64,000 nt of DNA, from assembly GCA_965113315.1 (NCBI GenBank), contig OZ220368.1; one strand, written 5' to 3'. Positions 61,505-64,000 of this stretch are shown here, piece by piece. Position 1 is the first letter of the stretch. Every line of letters begins with the position of its first letter. The stretch is from Podarcis vaucheri. Its lineage: Eukaryota. The position numbers and the translations under genes are program-made. The notes under the pieces were generated by a model that saw nothing but the letters and a program-made list of their open reading frames with translations, was not told the DNA's origin and did no database searches.

Positions 61505-62460
61505 TTTGACTGACCAGGAGCACCTCTGTTTTGTGTGGATTAAGTTTCTATTTGTTCACCCTCATCCAGTCCATCACTGATGACAGACACTAGTTTAGAA
61601 TCAAGACAACTTCCTTGAATTTAGGTGGAAATGAGAAATAGAGCAGGGTGTCAACAGCATACTGGTGACACTGAATTTCAACACTCCAGACAACCTCTCA
61701 CAGCAGTTTCATGTAAATGTTAAAGAGCATGGGGGACAGAACACAACCTTGAGAGACCCCAAAGGTCAACAGCCAATGTGTCAAACAGGAGTCCTCCAGC
61801 ACCACCTTCTAGGTTCACCCCTCCAAGAAGAAACAAAGCCATTGTAAAACAGTGTCTCCAAGCTGCATTCCAACAAGGCATCCAAGGTTGGTATTGAAAG
61901 CTGCTGAAAAGTCCAGAAGAACCAAAAGGGACACACTCCCTCCTGGCATGTCATCCACCAAGGCAACCAAAGCCATCTCTCTCCCATAACCAGGCCTGAA
62001 ACCAGATTGAAATAGATCTAGATAATCTGTCTCATCCATGATCTGAGATGCCAACACACACTCCAGATACCTTGCCTCCTAGGGTGGACTATCTTAATCA
62101 CACCCACTAAGATTATGAGCTCCAGCAAGTCCATGACAGTGGAACTAATAGAAAGTTCCTCCACGCTAAGATCACCATAATTCAATCCAGCACAGAAAAC
62201 CAAGTCCAGAATGTGCCCTGCAGCATGGGTAGGGCCAGATTACTTAGGACAGACTCATGGTTGTCATGGCAGCCATGAAAACCTGAGCCAGTCCTCACAA
62301 GGCATCAGCATAAATGTTGAAGTTCTCCAGCACAACAAGCTGAGAGGAGTCCAACACCAAGACTACCCCTGCTAGAAATGAGACTGTTGAGTGACAGGGT
62401 GGGTAGAACACCAACAGAATCCCTATTCTGTCCTAGCCATCCCACCTTCAAATACACACT
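61505..62460 (-). mobile_element. L2 LINE ORF2 fossil (APE and RT segments, internally deleted)
   Basis: LVVLENFNIYA, AGHILDLVF, YLDLFQSGFRPGYG, LLVLLDFSAAFNT, HQYAVDT (decayed YADD), KLNPHKTEVL. Confidence 0.85.
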
Positions 62461-62717
62461 GTTGAGATACCTCTCAGAGCTTAACAACCCAGCTTTCCCT
62501 TGCTTTTGTAAGTCTCTTACCCAACACAGCTGGTGCTTATAATATTTCACACAAAACTTCAGGAAGAGAATTCAGGAACCCTTAACAGGCATGTATTATT
62601 TTAACCAGCACACTGCATTGTCCATGTCTGCAGATCCTTAAACTGGAAATAAGTTTTATTCAACAAACTGCACCATGGCAACTTTACTGTAGACGGTATT
62701 AGCTGACAGGCACTTAC

Positions 62718-62876
62718 TTTGAATTGCTGGTGGTCATAACGGTCATGAATGACCACAAAGCGAAGATCGAACCGTCTGGATAAGTCAAAGAGGTGGTCGG
62801 TTTCAGCTTTGGTCCAAGCATCATCATGAAGGTACATCTGATACTCCTGTTCTGAGTAAATTGGAATTTGCACTGT
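62718..62876 (-). CDS. DMAP1: DMAP1 coding exon (159 nt), SANT/Myb-like domain start: TVQIPIYSEQEYQMYLHDDAWTKAETDHLFDLSRRFDLRFVVIHDRYDHQQFK
   Basis: ttctgcag|ACA acceptor, AAA|gtaagt donor, phase 0-0; matches DMAP1. Confidence 0.97.
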
Positions 62877-63725
62877 CTGCAGAAGGAAAGAACAGACTGA
62901 ATGAGACGGCTTGTACAACATGCTCTCCCTCATGCAGGATTGTTTCATCTAGCAGGATTACTTTGAGGTAAAACAAACCCATGATTTCACAGGAAAGAAA
63001 TCCAGTTGCCCTCTTCTATGCCCCAATCACAAGTAACTTCAAAATGTAAGCTTTATTTCCCACATCCCATCTTTGCTGCCACCAAAATGATAAAATGGGG
63101 GCCGCTAGGTCCATCCATTAGTTTTATCTGTTACTCAGTGCTGAGCCCCCAATGTTTACGGGGCAGAGGAGGCTGAGCACACAGCCAAATGTGGCGCAGC
63201 TTTAGTGGCCGGTTCCTTCAGAGCACTTGGTCTCCTCCAGACGATGCAACATTGCATGTGATGTCACACATGGCGGGCCCCCTCAATCTTGGGGGCAATT
63301 GCACCTTTACTCAATGCTATCTCCTTAGACTAAAGATATGAACAGCCACAGATGTTCATCTGCCAATCTGACCTCACATAATTTTGTGTGCACGCTCCTA
63401 AGTGAAAAGTAGCTAACTTTTTGTGACCTTTTCATGCTAACTTTAACTTGTGGCTTTGAGACACTACCCAATGTTACTTAGATGCCTTCCAAATCAGGAC
63501 TTTCAGTGTGGACACTGATAAGTAGCACACGCCCCACAGGACTCAAGTATTTTAAAAAAGTTAAAGAATACTGCAGAGTTTAATGTCCTGTGATACCAGA
63601 ATCAGTCTTACACTTCTGAAGTTGATATGGGAATTAACCCTAGAGATAGCAAGTGAAAGAAAGAGGGTATTTGGAGATGTCCTTTGAGATACTTTGGCAC
63701 AAATTTATCCACTCACTCCCATTTC

Positions 63726-63782
63726 ACAAGCTCTGTTCAAGCCTTCATACTTAATACAAGCTCTGATCAATCCTTCATACTT
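63726..63782. repeat. Tandem duplication (period 30) containing a DMAP1 5' splice site
   Basis: ACAAGCTCTG(T/A)TCAA(G/T)CCTTCATACTT at 63726 and 63756. Confidence 0.9.
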
Positions 63783-63976
63783 TGTTGAATCTGGCGAAAG
63801 GGTAATCCTTGCCCTCTTCTGCTGCCCTCCTCCAGTGGTAAAACATGGCCCCATCCTTCCTAGCAGGGTTGGTGAAAGGCATCCACTTCCAAGGCCGCAC
63901 TTTCTTAGATCCCAGCTTTGCCTTAACTGTGCGGTAGCCCTGCGTTGTGTCACTTGGAAGAAGGGGAGGTGCATCC
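63781..63976 (-). CDS. DMAP1: DMAP1 coding exon (196 nt): DAPPLLPSDTTQGYRTVKAKLGSKKVRPWKWMPFTNPARKDGAMFYHWRRAAEEGKDYPFARFNK
   Basis: tttcag|G GAT acceptor and AAA|gtatga donor. The translation is nearly identical to recalled human DMAP1 residues ~67-131. The ORF track shows a different, wrong frame here. Confidence 0.96.
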
Positions 63977-64000
63977 CTGAAACAAAGACAAGGTACAAAT

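Noticed and set aside
63705-63998. 97-aa ORF in the track
   Set aside because: Wrong frame over a real DMAP1 exon.

Overview
This is vertebrate genomic DNA, almost certainly from a squamate and probably a lacertid lizard, judging by the Sauria-SINE, Squam3-like SINE, L2/CR1 and MITE content. Two genes converge tail-to-tail. On the + strand is the last coding exon and 3'UTR of ERI3 (CDS 31188-31270, ...DDCKNIANIMKTLAHRGFIFKQTSKPF*), preceded by at least 31 kb in which I found no earlier ERI3 exon. On the - strand are eight coding exons of DMAP1 (63976 down to 36528): 1198 nt, all GT-AG, phase-consistent, 398 complete sense codons plus stop. The N-terminal ~66 aa of DMAP1 lie outside the window. 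The rest is intron/intergenic DNA with many TEs, several with intact TSDs or nested insertions, microsatellites, a 140-N gap, and a dozen repeat-free, homeobox/SOX/TCF-motif-rich blocks that look like conserved enhancers. These blocks may belong to an RNF220 regulatory block running through ERI3 and enlarged DMAP1 introns (inference). The best novel candidates are all in DMAP1 splicing: an in-frame 24-nt microexon (45067-45090, LPVLLAAE) with a consensus donor and UGC-containing acceptor, a candidate poison/alternative-C-terminus exon (38292-38513), and a tandem-duplicated 5' splice site that would add a stop (63726-63782). None of these is verified by expression or alignment data. Nearly all ORF-track entries are spurious.
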